Positions 1-11,711 of a DNA stretch of 46,434 nucleotides are shown here, in pieces. How positions within the stretch are numbered: position 1 is the first letter of the stretch; every line of letters begins with the position of its first letter. The notes under the pieces are model-generated. The model was not told the origin of the DNA. It did no database searches and saw only the letters and a list, made by a program, of their open reading frames with translations. A program made the translations under genes and the position numbers. Source of the DNA: Craspedostauros australis (Eukaryota); the NCBI GenBank assembly GCA_030167865.1, contig JALAGF010002467.1, forward strand, positions 1 through 46,434, given 5' to 3'.

Positions 1-1504
1 TGTTGATGTGATCTGGCACGTCGCAGATTCACGCATATTGATGTGACTGCAATTGTTTTGAAGTATCTCCAACGCATCCGCACTATGCATATTCAGGACG
101 AAGACCAATAATGCATGGAAGATGCAGTGCATAGACTATCAAAAGACACCCTGGCAAATGGGGCACGCCAGCAAGTTGGAAGCATATGAAGGAACATCCG
201 AAGCAGGTAGGCAAGTATATCAAGAATTGGAGGCTGTACAACCGTAACGAGCAGGATTGCGCAAAAGGGGCAAGATCCAGATCGAAACGTGGATGGGATA
301 CACGACTCATAACGATCCATTGAGTCGATACGCTTAACGGGACTAAGATCGTGACTCGGGATAGGGGCGCGCCAGCCTCGCCAGTTATGAAATTATGAGC
401 CACGCAAACACCTCCAATACCGAGTGACACACGACAACAACACAATGGTCGCGCCACAACGCCCACACGGAACTACACAACGGCACATGTGTGCCAACCA
501 CGATGACCCGTAACAACGAGCAGCGCCAAAGTCGCTGCTCACCACCAAACAACGAGCAACGCCGGAATGGTTTCGGCCACGGCGCACCCCCTCGCCGCCA
601 AATCCGCGGTTACGAACACTCACAACTCCGACATACATAGTCGATACATGTGCCAGAGTTGTCCCTGTTTGGGTCGTGTGAGCGTGCACGACACGCAACA
701 AAATTGTTTCTGCCACGAATAGTAAGACCCGCGCAGTCACGGATTATGGCTCCGAGTTCACTTCTTCTTGTGGCCAATTTTCTCGCATCGACAGGATTCA
801 AAGACGAGAACATCTTCGGTCTTCCATGATGGTCGTGTTACGGGATTCTTCATCGTGGAACTCCTTCTATGCTCTTGGTGACACGAGGGTTGAGGCTGTC
901 TCTACTCTGTTGGAGCGGAGCAGAGTGTTCTATTTCAACGTTGATTCAACACGGAGATGCAAGATAGATGCCGCCTTCCTCCTTCATCACCATGGCCATC
1001 GCCATCATCGTCGTTGTCGTTGCCGTTCTTCTTGAGAGGTGTCACGACACAAGATCGTGTGAAATCTTCAACCCCTGGTTCCGATCGTGTACTCCACAAA
1101 ATGAGAACCGTGGACAAAATTGACCACAGCGCAAGGACAATTTGAACACAGCATGCTTTCGTCCCAGAGACACCTCTTCCATTCGTGAAATGCCTGGTCC
1201 TCTCGTGGGAAGACCAGAACCGGGACAGACCCCCGAGCCATCACTGGTGGATCTTTTGCTCGAGGTGATGTGTGGCATGGATCCGCCTGTTGGTTGACTA
1301 CTACTATCAGGCCAACAACAACACCAACAACAATGCCAACAAGACCAAGAACAAGACCAGAGGAGCACCACGAAGGAAGGAGTTGAACACCAAGAAGAGA
1401 GCAAGAAAGCGAGAGCAAGAGCAACCAGGCATCAGGTCATCCCCAAACGTGGACTCAGCCTCTCCCACCCATCAAGCAAACGGGAAGCAGCACAGGGAAG
1501 AACC

Positions 1505-2323
1505 ATGACCAATCCCCATGACCCATCGAACACTCATCAAAGGTCCGCCCGAGTGGGCATGGCATGGATCGTCGGGCTATGCGCAATGTCATGTATTGCC
1601 TCGTCATCCGTGACTCCGGTCGCAGGCTTTCTTCCTTCGTTCAGTTCCTCACCGAGAGATGCATCACGCCATCACACCTTGGCTTTCACGCACACGCACA
1701 ACAATGCAGTACCCACAGCATCGAGGATACCTTTACTGCATCACAAGACACCCTTTCTATCACAGCTGCCTTCATCTTCAGCAGCATCTTCAGCAGCAGC
1801 AGCAACACAGAGAACGCAATTGCATTCATATGCATGCATCCAAAGAAGTGGACAGAGTTCCATTTCGACATGTCTGCTTGCAAGGAAGAACGATGACGAT
1901 GCTGGTGGTAGTGATGGTGATGGGGAAAACAACCTCATCAACACAGAACTGGGGAGGAGGCAGGCGGACGATGAGAAGAACGAAGTCAATGAAAGTGCCA
2001 ACGACAACACTCCTCGCGAAATGACACCGTTCCGCGACGTGTCTCCCAGTGTTTCGCTGCGCATAGCGGGTGCGCTGATCACTTCCGCCTTCCTCATCGT
2101 AGCATTGCTGAATCTGCAAGACGGCGCCGGACCATACTTTGCATTCGAAAACCCGGCCGAATACTTCGACGTGGACATGTACATGTCGCTGAAGAGCATC
2201 CTCGAGCCGCCGGCAGATTCGTACTTTGGCGGTGACGGATACGGCAACGAGATCATGGAGCTGCCTGCTTTGACGCCCGCCGAGCAGCTCGTTGGATCCA
2301 TCTTTGGTCCGCCTCGCAGATGA
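1505..2323 (+). CDS. Hypothetical, probably plastid-targeted single-pass membrane protein (start may be ATG 1559)
   Basis: Intronless 272-aa ORF. Hydrophobic signal (MAWIVGLCAMSCIAS...VAG-FLP, ASAFAP-like), Ser/Ala/His-rich transit-like stretch, acidic linker, one TM helix (IAGALITSAFLIVALLNL) and a C-ending-codon-rich C-terminal domain. Confidence 0.7.
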   Translation: MTNPHDPSNTHQRSARVGMAWIVGLCAMSCIASSSVTPVAGFLPSFSSSPRDASRHHTLAFTHTHNNAVPTASRIPLLHHKTPFLSQLPSSSAASSAAAATQRTQLHSYACIQRSGQSSISTCLLARKNDDDAGGSDGDGENNLINTELGRRQADDEKNEVNESANDNTPREMTPFRDVSPSVSLRIAGALITSAFLIVALLNLQDGAGPYFAFENPAEYFDVDMYMSLKSILEPPADSYFGGDGYGNEIMELPALTPAEQLVGSIFGPPRR

Positions 2324-3490
2324 ATGCGTTGGTCGGTATGTCCTGGAACAGGAGAGTACTCTCGTAACAACAAATGTTGACGGTTCGGCACAGCACCAAG
2401 CAGAGCTACTGCACTGCGGATCTGAAGCGGAACGGAACGAAATGGAGTGAAATGCAATGCAACGCAATGATCTCCGCTGGAGCGGACGTGACACTCCCAA
2501 TACGAGGAGGACGCTCTTTTGCTGCATTGCATCTCTTGTTCCCATTGCACAATGGTCCATGATGGTCACTCTTCGTGACGATCCATTCAAACATATTATA
2601 GTCTGGATGCGCATCCCAATGCAAGCACGAAGTCTTTACGAGCACATATAATAATAAGGAACGTAGATTGCCACACCCATAGGTTCATGATTGTCTGATT
2701 TCGACTTTCGAAGATACCAATTGTGAAGTACTCCTTTGTATATCTGGATCATGGTACCTTCAAGTACCATTGTAGAAGGTCTGTCAGTCATTTCTCATGC
2801 ACGCAGAGAGCGGCGTATCGATTCGTGGATACAGTGGAAGATACCAGATTTTTCATTGGCGAATTGACGTGTTGGTGGACCACGTAGTCACAGCGCGAAC
2901 ACACACACGCACGAAGTTTGTTGTGTGACGGGGACTGCAACGAATCTCGCCGTGTGCTTCTGTGGTCCATGGAAATCTTTTGCCGGCGGTCACTCGTTGG
3001 CTCACGTCTGCACGGAGAGCGAGAAGCGGTTGGATTGCTGTCGTCGTCTTTTCTTTGTTGCTCTACGTTTTCTGTATTTTCCACACGCAAGTGAGGGGTT
3101 GTATTACGTACTTCGCATCCTCCGCAACAGACAGAAGAGCGAGTTGAGTGATGCATGTACGTACTCGTAGTTCGTTGCCCGCGCACGGGTTTCGTGGCTG
3201 ACACGGATGAATGACACCACCTCGATGAAGAGGGCGACGTTGCACCACACCACACCACACCACCCCACACCTCACCACAACACTCACACCACGACCGTTC
3301 TTCCGTCCTTCACTCTCGTGTACGTACACGCCCAAACACCACCAAACACACAACGCAGAACGCACGACGCGCAACGCACTGTTCTACCTGTTGTACACAA
3401 CGCACCAATCTGCAACATCCACAGAAGCCACCATCAAATCATAAAATCCAGAATTCCTTCTATTCTCCCCCCAAAACAAAAGCAGTCATC

Positions 3491-4684
3491 ATGAAGTTCA
3501 CCCTCTCCATCGCTGCCATGACCATGGCCTCCGCCGCCGCCTTCGCCCCATCGGCCTTCATGCCAAAGGGCCTTAACGGCGTCCCAGCCTCCACCAGCAG
3601 CCTCAACATGGCCCTTGCTGAGGGACAGACACCAATCGTCATCGGTGTCGCCGCCGACTCTGGCTGCGGAAAGTCCACCTTCATGCGCCGTCTCACCTCC
3701 ATCTTCGGAGGAGACGTCGTCGGACCACTCGGAGGCGGATTCGGAAACGGAGGATGGGAGACCAACACCCTCGTCTCCGACCTCACCACCGTCATCTGCC
3801 TCGATGACTACCACTTGAACGACCGCGGCGGCCGCAAGGTCTCCGGCCTCACCGCCCTCAACCCAGTTGAGAACAACTTCGACCTCATGTTCGAGCAGGT
3901 CCAGGCCCTCAAGGACGGAAAGACCATCGAGAAGCCAATCTACAACCACGTCAACGGAACCCTGGACACCCCAGAGACCGTCGAGCCAACCCCAATCATC
4001 ATCTTCGAGGGTCTCCACCCAATGCACGACGAGCGCGTGCTCGACCTCCTCGACTTCACCCTCTACCTCGACATCTCCCCAGAGGTCAAGCTCAACTGGA
4101 AGATCCAGCGCGACATGGAGGAGCGCGGACACTCCCTCGAGTCCATCATGGCCTCCATCGAGGCCCGCAAGCCAGACTTCGACGCCTTCATCGACCCACA
4201 GAAGAAGGACGCCGACATGATCATCGAGGTCCTCCCAACCGACCTCGACAAGGAGGACAAGAAGACCCTTCGCGTCCGATGCATCCAGAAGAACGGCGTC
4301 CAGGACTTCGACCCATGCTTCCTCTTCGACCAGGGCTCCACCATCAGCTGGACCCCATCCGCCGACAAGCTCTCCTCCCCAGCCCCAGGCATCAAGCTCG
4401 CCTACGGACCAGAGTCTTACTTCGGAAAGGACTCCCAGGTCGTTGAGATGGACGGTACCTTCGACAACATCCAGGAACTCGTCTACGTCGAATCCGCCCT
4501 CAGCAACACCAAGACCAAGTTCTACGGAGAGCTCACCCAGGCCATGCTCGCCCTCGCCGATGCCCCAGGATCCAACAACGGAACCGGCCTCATGCAGACC
4601 CTTGCTGCGTTCGCCATCCGTGACCTGTACGAGAAGAAGGCCGCCATCGCCAAGAAGACCGCCGAGGCCGCCGCCTCTGCCTAA
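3491..4684 (+). CDS. PRK: Phosphoribulokinase, plastid precursor (Calvin cycle)
   Basis: Signal peptide + ASAAA-FAP cleavage motif; P-loop AADSGCGKST; VICLDDYH; EGLHP; KIQRDMEERGH; PGSNNGTGLMQT. Extreme highly-expressed codon bias. No introns. Confidence 0.98.
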   Translation: MKFTLSIAAMTMASAAAFAPSAFMPKGLNGVPASTSSLNMALAEGQTPIVIGVAADSGCGKSTFMRRLTSIFGGDVVGPLGGGFGNGGWETNTLVSDLTTVICLDDYHLNDRGGRKVSGLTALNPVENNFDLMFEQVQALKDGKTIEKPIYNHVNGTLDTPETVEPTPIIIFEGLHPMHDERVLDLLDFTLYLDISPEVKLNWKIQRDMEERGHSLESIMASIEARKPDFDAFIDPQKKDADMIIEVLPTDLDKEDKKTLRVRCIQKNGVQDFDPCFLFDQGSTISWTPSADKLSSPAPGIKLAYGPESYFGKDSQVVEMDGTFDNIQELVYVESALSNTKTKFYGELTQAMLALADAPGSNNGTGLMQTLAAFAIRDLYEKKAAIAKKTAEAAASA

Positions 4685-5526
4685 TTTTGCAGCGCACCAG
4701 GCAATGAACAAAATCGACTTGACGGCAGACACTGCTCCCATCATGATATGCTACGAGTAAGTATGCTGGCCTCGCATTCTAAACTAGCAGCAACAACGGC
4801 TGCGGAACACAATCGAGATTAACTTTTAGGAACATCAGCAGTTTGCCGTCATTCAATTCAACCTCAACACATCAATGATACGTTCATGGTAGGTGAGGAA
4901 ACTCCACCAATAGCATGGCCATTGCATCCGCGCGCGACTCTCGATGAGAGCGGATGAGCTATGGATGCTCCGCCGAGGCTGACAGCAAGGTGCGAGAGTG
5001 GCCAAACCGATTGAGCTTGATGAATTGCACACATTTCGGGCATCCACCAACTACACAGGGCAGTACTTCTGCCGATGCTCACAAGGCGGTGTCAGTTCCA
5101 CATCTCTTTTCTTCATCATTGCTCGTTGAGGCTTCTCATCGTTCATCTTGATTGCGTTCGGGTGTCATGGGGTCTTTCTCATCTTTGCCTCTCCTGCCAA
5201 CTTCAATCTCGCGCGAGGCGCGGAAGGCGCGAAGAGGAAGGAAGGAAGGCCAGACGGAAATGGATGATCGGCCATCAACGAAATTCGATGCAGAGCGATC
5301 CATCACAGAAGGTTGGTCGATTGGTTGATTGGTTGGTTGATGGATTGGTTGATAGATTTTAGTGGGTGTCTCTGCACGATCTGTGATCACAAACACAATC
5401 ACAATCACAAACAATACAAGTATTCTTCGTTGCTGCATACTCGTGCTCCACGAAGATAATACGTATCAATACAAGACGAGTAGAAACATCGCTTTGGTGA
5501 TTCGTTCGTTCATTCATTCATTCACC

Positions 5527-7081
5527 ATGGCAAAGAGGATGCTGATGAAGGTGACCATCAGAAGCACGCTGTGCACATTGATGTGCATGGCGATGATTGC
5601 TGCGAATGATCGGAACGTAGAGGTCTCTGCCTTTGCGCCGTATCCATGCCTACGACCAGCGACACGGATCGCTCCATCAACTGTGCTCCATGCAGGTGGC
5701 TTTGGTGGATCCGGCAAGAGCAAGGGATCTGCCTCCAAGAAGAAGAAGAAGGCCAAACAACAGAAGAAGGGATCGAGGTTGGCAGACACGCTGGCGGACA
5801 AGCCGCGAGCATCCAAGCCATCCTCCAACATGCCGTTCGTGCGGGACGAGCAGGACAAGTTCTTGGAAGAGCTGTCGCAAAAGGCCGCCAACACCTGCAT
5901 CGGCAAGGCGGTCGCCAGTTCGCCGTTGCCGCCTGATGAAATCGATACCTTCTGGCAGCTCATGCCGTCCTTGCTCAACGCGCGCTTCCCCAACATCGCC
6001 GATGCGGATCTGCGGCGCGTCGCAGGTATGCTCGAGCACACGCTGAACCCGGACAAACCATTGGAAGATTCGATCGTCGATGATCCTCACCGACCTCACG
6101 AAGAGATCCATGCTTACATGCCAGGGTTGGGACCCACGAAGCCGTTCCATGATCCCAGCCAGCTCGAGTTCTGTCAGCTTCTGCATGACAACTACGACAT
6201 TATCTGCCAGGAATACGAAGCGCTGCTGCAAGACAAGGAAGATCGGTTCCAATCCGTCACCAGCATGAACTACGAGAGCGGATGGAAGACCCTGGTCTTG
6301 TTTTACAATGGGCATCGCATTCCCAAGTTCCCGTACCATCTCTGTCCCACGACCACCAAATTGTTGGAGACCATGCCCTTGGCCGGCCGCATCGCAGGCT
6401 TCAATCGGCAGCAGCCCAACTCCGGCATTCCCTTGCACAGTGATGGCAACAACATGTGGCTAACCTGTCAGATGGGCGTGTACGTTCCAGAAGGTACGAG
6501 GTGTTCTTGCTTGTGCAGTTTGTTTATTTGTTTGCTTGGCTACGTTCGTTTTCATTGCATGGTGTGTTTATTCGCACTCTGCGCACTGATGTCTGTCATG
6601 GAGTATGTACGAGGAGGCATCACACGATGCGTTCTCATCTTCAAGCTGCGTGCAACCAACGCCACACTATCTCACACTGTTCCAACTCCTTTCTCTCTCC
6701 TTCTCTGTCTGCCTGTCTCTTTCGTTCTCAACGGTCCTGATTCCATCGTATCGATTATACTGCTCTAAACTTCATCTGGACGCACACACGCAATGATGCA
6801 CACGATGATATGGCACATCGTCAGGTGAGAAAGCATCCATCCGGGTTGGTCCCATCACGCGGCATTGGAAGAAAGCGGAATGCTTGCTCTACGACACGAC
6901 CTACGAGCATGAGACCATGAACGAACACCCAACGCAAGAGCGTGTCGTGCTGCATGTCGACTTCTTCAACACGTTGGCGATGACGCCCACCGAAATCGAA
7001 GTCATGCAGTACATCTACAGTCTGCGCGAAGAATTCCTCAAGGCTGAGGGTGTGTCGAAGGTGGGGCAGCAGATACTGTAG
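5527..7081 (+). CDS. Aspartyl/asparaginyl beta-hydroxylase-domain (2OG-Fe(II)) protein, plastid-targeted; exons 5527-6493 and 6825-7081
   Basis: Signal + VSA-FAP motif. Iron ligands IPLHSDG and YEHE, plus ERVVLHVDF. A GT-AG intron at 6494-6824 joins ...VPEG|EKASIRVG...W...LLYDTTYEHE in frame. Confidence 0.88.
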
Positions 7082-7272
7082 AGCTGGATAGGATCACAAT
7101 GAGTCAAATAGAGAGCATCGCACTATACTCGTTGTATGGTACTCTTCTCAACATTCATATTCTTACGAATAATCTGCCACTGCATTCGAAGGTATCAGCT
7201 GTGGCATACGGTAGTTCATCTCAACAGGCCTTGCGGTTGCGCTTCTGTAACATCACTCGAACGCGGCTTTCT

Positions 7273-9327
7273 TTAGTCATCTTCATCTGCTTCATCGTCA
7301 TCGTCTGCTCCTCCCTCTTTTTCTTCTTCTTCCTCCTCCTTTTTGACGGTCACTCTCAGACCAGTGTTCTTTGCGAAGCCTGCCTCCTTCAGAGTCTTGG
7401 ACAGTGGAGAGGCTTCTTCCTCCTCATCCACTCCACCATCGCCGTCGCTCTTTGTCTTCTCCTCCCACCCAAATGTTAGCTTTCCATTCATGGTCGTTAA
7501 CACGACGGTTTCGCGTTCCATCTCGTGCATGCCGTCCACCCAATTGAACAGCACTTCCACCTGCGTATCCGGCGCGAAGCGACGCTTGTCCATCCGACCG
7601 TCCGCGAATCGCAGTGCCACGGTCTTACCATCGTCACCCTCGTATGGATCGGGCAAATTCTGCTTCAGCTCCTCACGCCTCGTCGCGATCTCCAGCAGGC
7701 GTTGCTTCTCGCGCTCGGCCTGTGCCTTGCGTTCGGCCTCAGCCTCTTCTTCCCGTTGCTGACGTTCGTTGTCATTGACGATGCTTTCCTTGTATCCCTC
7801 CTTGCGTTCTCCCAAGAAGATCAGCTCCTGTCGCGACTTTTGGAGGATGTGGTACTGTTTCGCAGATCGTTTGCGCAACGCGTTGAGCCATCCTGCCATT
7901 GTGTCGACATCGGGAGGAGGAGAGCAATGATGCTGCGCCAAGACACGCGGGAAGATCTTGGCATTGGGGTCGAGCCGCTGCTTTTTGTTCTGCTTGTGTT
8001 GAGTGCAGAATAAAGATAATATCAGCAAGAAGAGGAGGTGGATTCAACAGCAGCGGTAAGGGAGTGGTTTCACAGAAGTGAGAAATGGCAACAATGGACA
8101 GATCAGAGTGGACAACTCTTGGAAACATCTTTCGCAGCACGTTGCAAATGAAGAGAGATGGCATCACTACCACCGTGCGGGGACAGAGATGCTGCATATG
8201 CGTACCTGCGCTGGATAGACGACGGCCAGAATCGGCTTCTTACCACCCTTGTCCGAGGTTGGCTTGACCTTCATTCGTTTCATTGCTGTCACCGCCTCTG
8301 AAGACCCCGCCTTTGCGCTCCAAACGTAGTAACTTCCAGTTTCTCCCGTTTTGCGTGCCTTCTTGTTGGACATCTTGGACACCTTCTTGCTGAGGATGCT
8401 CCGAAGGGCTGCCGTGTCATCATTGGGCTTCGAAGCAGGTTTCCTGGACGGGATGAAGACCAGGAGCATGCGCGCCTCCTTGCCTGCCTTTTCCAGCGCG
8501 TCCTGAAAATTTCCACTCAAAACTGACATTCCATCGCGCTTATCAGGCACTGCGTATGCCTTGCTGAGATACGATCCAAAGTCCTGCATCGGTTGTGCTG
8601 ATGGTTGTCGCGATTGTTCCTCTTGTGGGAGGTCTTCGAATTTATCGTCATTGTCTTCATCATCGTTGAGGGCTGGCTTCTTTGTTGCCTTCTTCTTCGC
8701 TGCCTTGGTCTTCGTCTTCTTCGTCGTCTTTTGCTTTGCTTTGCTAACATCGCTGCCGCCTTCTGAGTTTGTTATACCCGAAGCACCCGCTTCATCATCG
8801 TCATCTGGTGTGAACATTGCTTTCACCATTCGCTTCGTGACCTTCCAACATGATTCAATCATCCTGACGACCACGCTCTGGTTGGTGTCTTCTCCATCAT
8901 CTCCATCTTCTGCATCCTCATCATCATCACTTTGCAAGGCAGCCGAGAATGCTCGTTTAAGCGCCTTGAAGGTCTTGATGCTGTAAATCTGAAGCTGCGT
9001 TGCTACCAGACTCACGCTCTTGATGCCCAGCTCCGTAACCATCTCAACTGCAGTTTGGCTGCCGTCCTCTTCCTCCTCTTCTTCGCTGTCGGATTCGTCG
9101 TTCTCTGTATCATCATCATCCGTGGCACCACCTCGGGCGATCCGTTGCCACGTCGCCTTTGATGACTGCAAGTCAAACTCGCCAACAGCCGATACAGGCA
9201 TGCTCGTTCGCGACGCAATCTTGAAGGCTGAAGCAGACTGTATCTGCCCATGCAGACAGCATTGCATCGTTGCAATTGCCGCCAACAGCAGCAGCAATGT
9301 GGGGCATCTTCTGTTGTTCGTCAACAT
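7273..9327 (-). CDS. UAS/UBX-domain protein (FAF1/UBXD8-like Cdc48 cofactor) with N-terminal signal peptide; exons 9327-8206 and 7989-7273
   Basis: UAS-like segment (FQDALEKAGKEARMLLVFI...YYVWS...PILAVV), coiled coil, and C-terminal UBX (VALRFADGRMDKRRF...VLFNWV...TLKEAGF). Phase-0 GT-AG intron at 8205-7990. Confidence 0.85.
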
Positions 9328-9903
9328 GCTGTGGCTTCGTTCTTGCTGTCTCGATTGTTGCGCGTCAAGCTATCACTGTGCTGCCCCTGCTGATCCAACT
9401 TTGCTGTTGTTACTGTTGTCGGATGTTGTGGAGATGGCAGAGAATCCTTGTTGTCGTCCCTTGGACTGTTTGTCTGCACTGTCTGTTGTTGTTGTGGTGG
9501 TGGGACGTGTTGAATCAGATTGGATCCACCATTTGCTCCAGTACGACTACGAGAACACCTTCGTTTCCACGTGGAATGGATCTTCGAAACGTGACAGACT
9601 GTCGGCAACATGGGTATCTTCACAACTCAACTCGACACCACGCAACGAATGTAGAGCAGACCACTTGCATGATACTTGCAGAGAAAGAACATTTGTAATC
9701 GGTAAATGCCTCTCTAGAAAGCATCATTCCATCGCTCCATGCCCCCTGTGGAGCACAAAGCTCATCCCTGCTTCTATCTCGAGAGAGTTTGTGGAAATGG
9801 TAATGCCATCTACACAGACACGTGATGCTTCCACACATATGATACTCAAATTGCATGCCGACTTCTCTAATTCCAACTTGGTCACTGCCACCGGCAACAA
9901 CTA

Positions 9904-11229
9904 CTACTGCTGATAGAATGCCTCTGGAAACTGCTGCGTGGCTTCATGGAACCACCCTGCCAGGGCCGTCCTCGTGCCGTTCTTGATGGTCTCCACTTGG
10001 TGAGGCAGCATCACGGAGTCGAACACCACCAGCGACCCTCTCTTGGGCGCGATATCGTCAACGATACTTCCTTCTGGTTGCTGACCCTGCTGCCAACCAC
10101 CCCGATCTTCCAACAGAACAAAGCGCTGCGCCAGCTCCTTCGACAAGAACAGAGTGGGACCATTTCCACCGGCACCATCAGCACCACCTTCGCCACTGTT
10201 GGTGTTGATGTGCTCGGCAACGCTCTTCGCATCGTGCTGCGACCATGCCAGAATGAAGTCGGCAGGTGACACGCCTTGCAAACCATCATTCAACCACGGC
10301 CTGGTGATGTACCGTCGCTCCTCCTGCCCGTCGCCATTCCTGTCGTCGACCGCGTACAGGATGCAATGCGGCTCCTGTATGGTGCCTTCCGCGACGATCC
10401 CGATCACGGGATGCCAGCTGTCCAAGTATACAGGATGCGATTGATGATCGGTCTCTGCCAGCAGCCAACCCACCAGGAGGTTGCCATCGTGCGTCGAGTC
10501 CACGGATTTCGACAGCGATCGCTGGGGGAAGCTGCGCAGGGCGCCGCCGTTGGTTTCCAACTGCCAGTCCTCGTCGCTCAGATAGATCAACCACGACAAC
10601 GATCGCCGACTCGGCAGCAGCCAGCCCTTGGCGCCCTTCAGCTCCTCATGCCGTTCGTCCATGTGCCGTGGCAGGCTGGCACCCACTTCGGATTTGGAAT
10701 AGTAGCATTCGTGCGACAACGACACGTCTCCGATCGTCGGTCGGTTCAACGCCTTCTGCAACGTGAGCTGCAGATTCCGGATCAAGGTCGGAACTTCGCC
10801 GTCGTCCCTGCCCTCCAGCGCTTTGATGAACCACGGCACGACGCAGACCGTGCGATCGGTGTTGGTGAAGGATTGATTCTTCATGGAGGTGTCGGACAGG
10901 CCCTTGCGTTCGAAGCTACCGCCGCGCTCCAAATCCGAGACTTCCTGCAGAAGGGATCGGACCTGTGCTTCTGTGAGGAACGACTCATGCTGATACACCC
11001 TGCCGGAATAGATCCTTTCACGCAATTTCGGAATGTCCAGGATGCTGTGATTTGAATTCACGTTGGCGTTCACATTGGCGTTCACATTGGTGTTCACATT
11101 GGTGTTAGCATGAGCATTTGCGTTGTTGCTGTCGCCAGTAGACAAGGCCGACGCGGCTGCCAACAGCTGAACAGCGACGATCGTTGCCGTCAACCACGAC
11201 CATCCATTTCTTTGTCGCTGCATCATCAT
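9904..11229 (-). CDS. 2OG-Fe(II) oxygenase (prolyl-4-hydroxylase/EglN-like family) with signal peptide
   Basis: HxD motif (LPRHMD), RSLSWLIYL, GGALR, PKRGSLVVFDS, distal His (LPHQV) and RTALAGWF. Hydrophobic N-terminus. Confidence 0.88.
   Translation of the reverse strand: MMMQRQRNGWSWLTATIVAVQLLAAASALSTGDSNNANAHANTNVNTNVNANVNANVNSNHSILDIPKLRERIYSGRVYQHESFLTEAQVRSLLQEVSDLERGGSFERKGLSDTSMKNQSFTNTDRTVCVVPWFIKALEGRDDGEVPTLIRNLQLTLQKALNRPTIGDVSLSHECYYSKSEVGASLPRHMDERHEELKGAKGWLLPSRRSLSWLIYLSDEDWQLETNGGALRSFPQRSLSKSVDSTHDGNLLVGWLLAETDHQSHPVYLDSWHPVIGIVAEGTIQEPHCILYAVDDRNGDGQEERRYITRPWLNDGLQGVSPADFILAWSQHDAKSVAEHINTNSGEGGADGAGGNGPTLFLSKELAQRFVLLEDRGGWQQGQQPEGSIVDDIAPKRGSLVVFDSVMLPHQVETIKNGTRTALAGWFHEATQQFPEAFYQQ
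11059..11106 (-). repeat. Coding 12-bp repeat giving an (N-[AT]-N-V)n tract in the 2OG oxygenase
   Basis: Tandem ttcacattgg[ct]g units encode ANTNVNTNVNANVNANVN. Confidence 0.8.
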
Positions 11230-11711
11230 CGTCGTGCCTTGTTTGATCCCATGCGTCTTCTTTGTACGATGACTCGCTTGACTGGAGGAAATGCGTGCCT
11301 CCTCTCATTGAATGAGTTGTGGGGAGTGTAACACGAGCTCCGAGTCCGATCATAGTGCTGTGTTGGTTCCTATCATCTTCTGTGGCAAAAACATGAGCGG
11401 GAAACGCGTCAGCAGCAGAACCGTCTTGTTTTGGCTTCCAACGTTGTCGTCTGTCCATGCATCCGTAAATACGCCAAAACCCATCGTGAGAGAACGTGGA
11501 AGAAAGCGCGAAGCCAACAGTGGCGTGTTTGGGAACGGCATAACAACGAAGGCGGCGAGGGAAACAACACAAACGCAACATCGCAACACAAACCCCAAAG
11601 ATCGCTCGCACCTTGTCACAACACTGAAACAAGAAGAGAGAAGAGAGAAGAAGAAAAGCAATAGAAATAGCACCGACAGCAACAATAGCGACAATAGCAA
11701 CAATAGCAACG

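Noticed and set aside
1-340. Protein-like frame +1 interrupted by stops (possible pseudogene or TE relic)
   Set aside because: No recognisable domain, terminal repeat or transposase/RT motif, and it is truncated by the window edge.
3434-4744. 436-aa antisense ORF spanning PRK
   Set aside because: It is in exact codon register with PRK. PRK's codon bias avoids TTA/CTA/TCA, so antisense stops are absent. Shadow ORF.
5362-5526. N-terminal ORF extensions from the ORF track (5362, 19066, 31254, 33755, 37573, 45537)
   Set aside because: Most use non-ATG starts, and they run through 5'-UTR-like sequence. Downstream ATGs give proper targeting peptides or more plausible starts.
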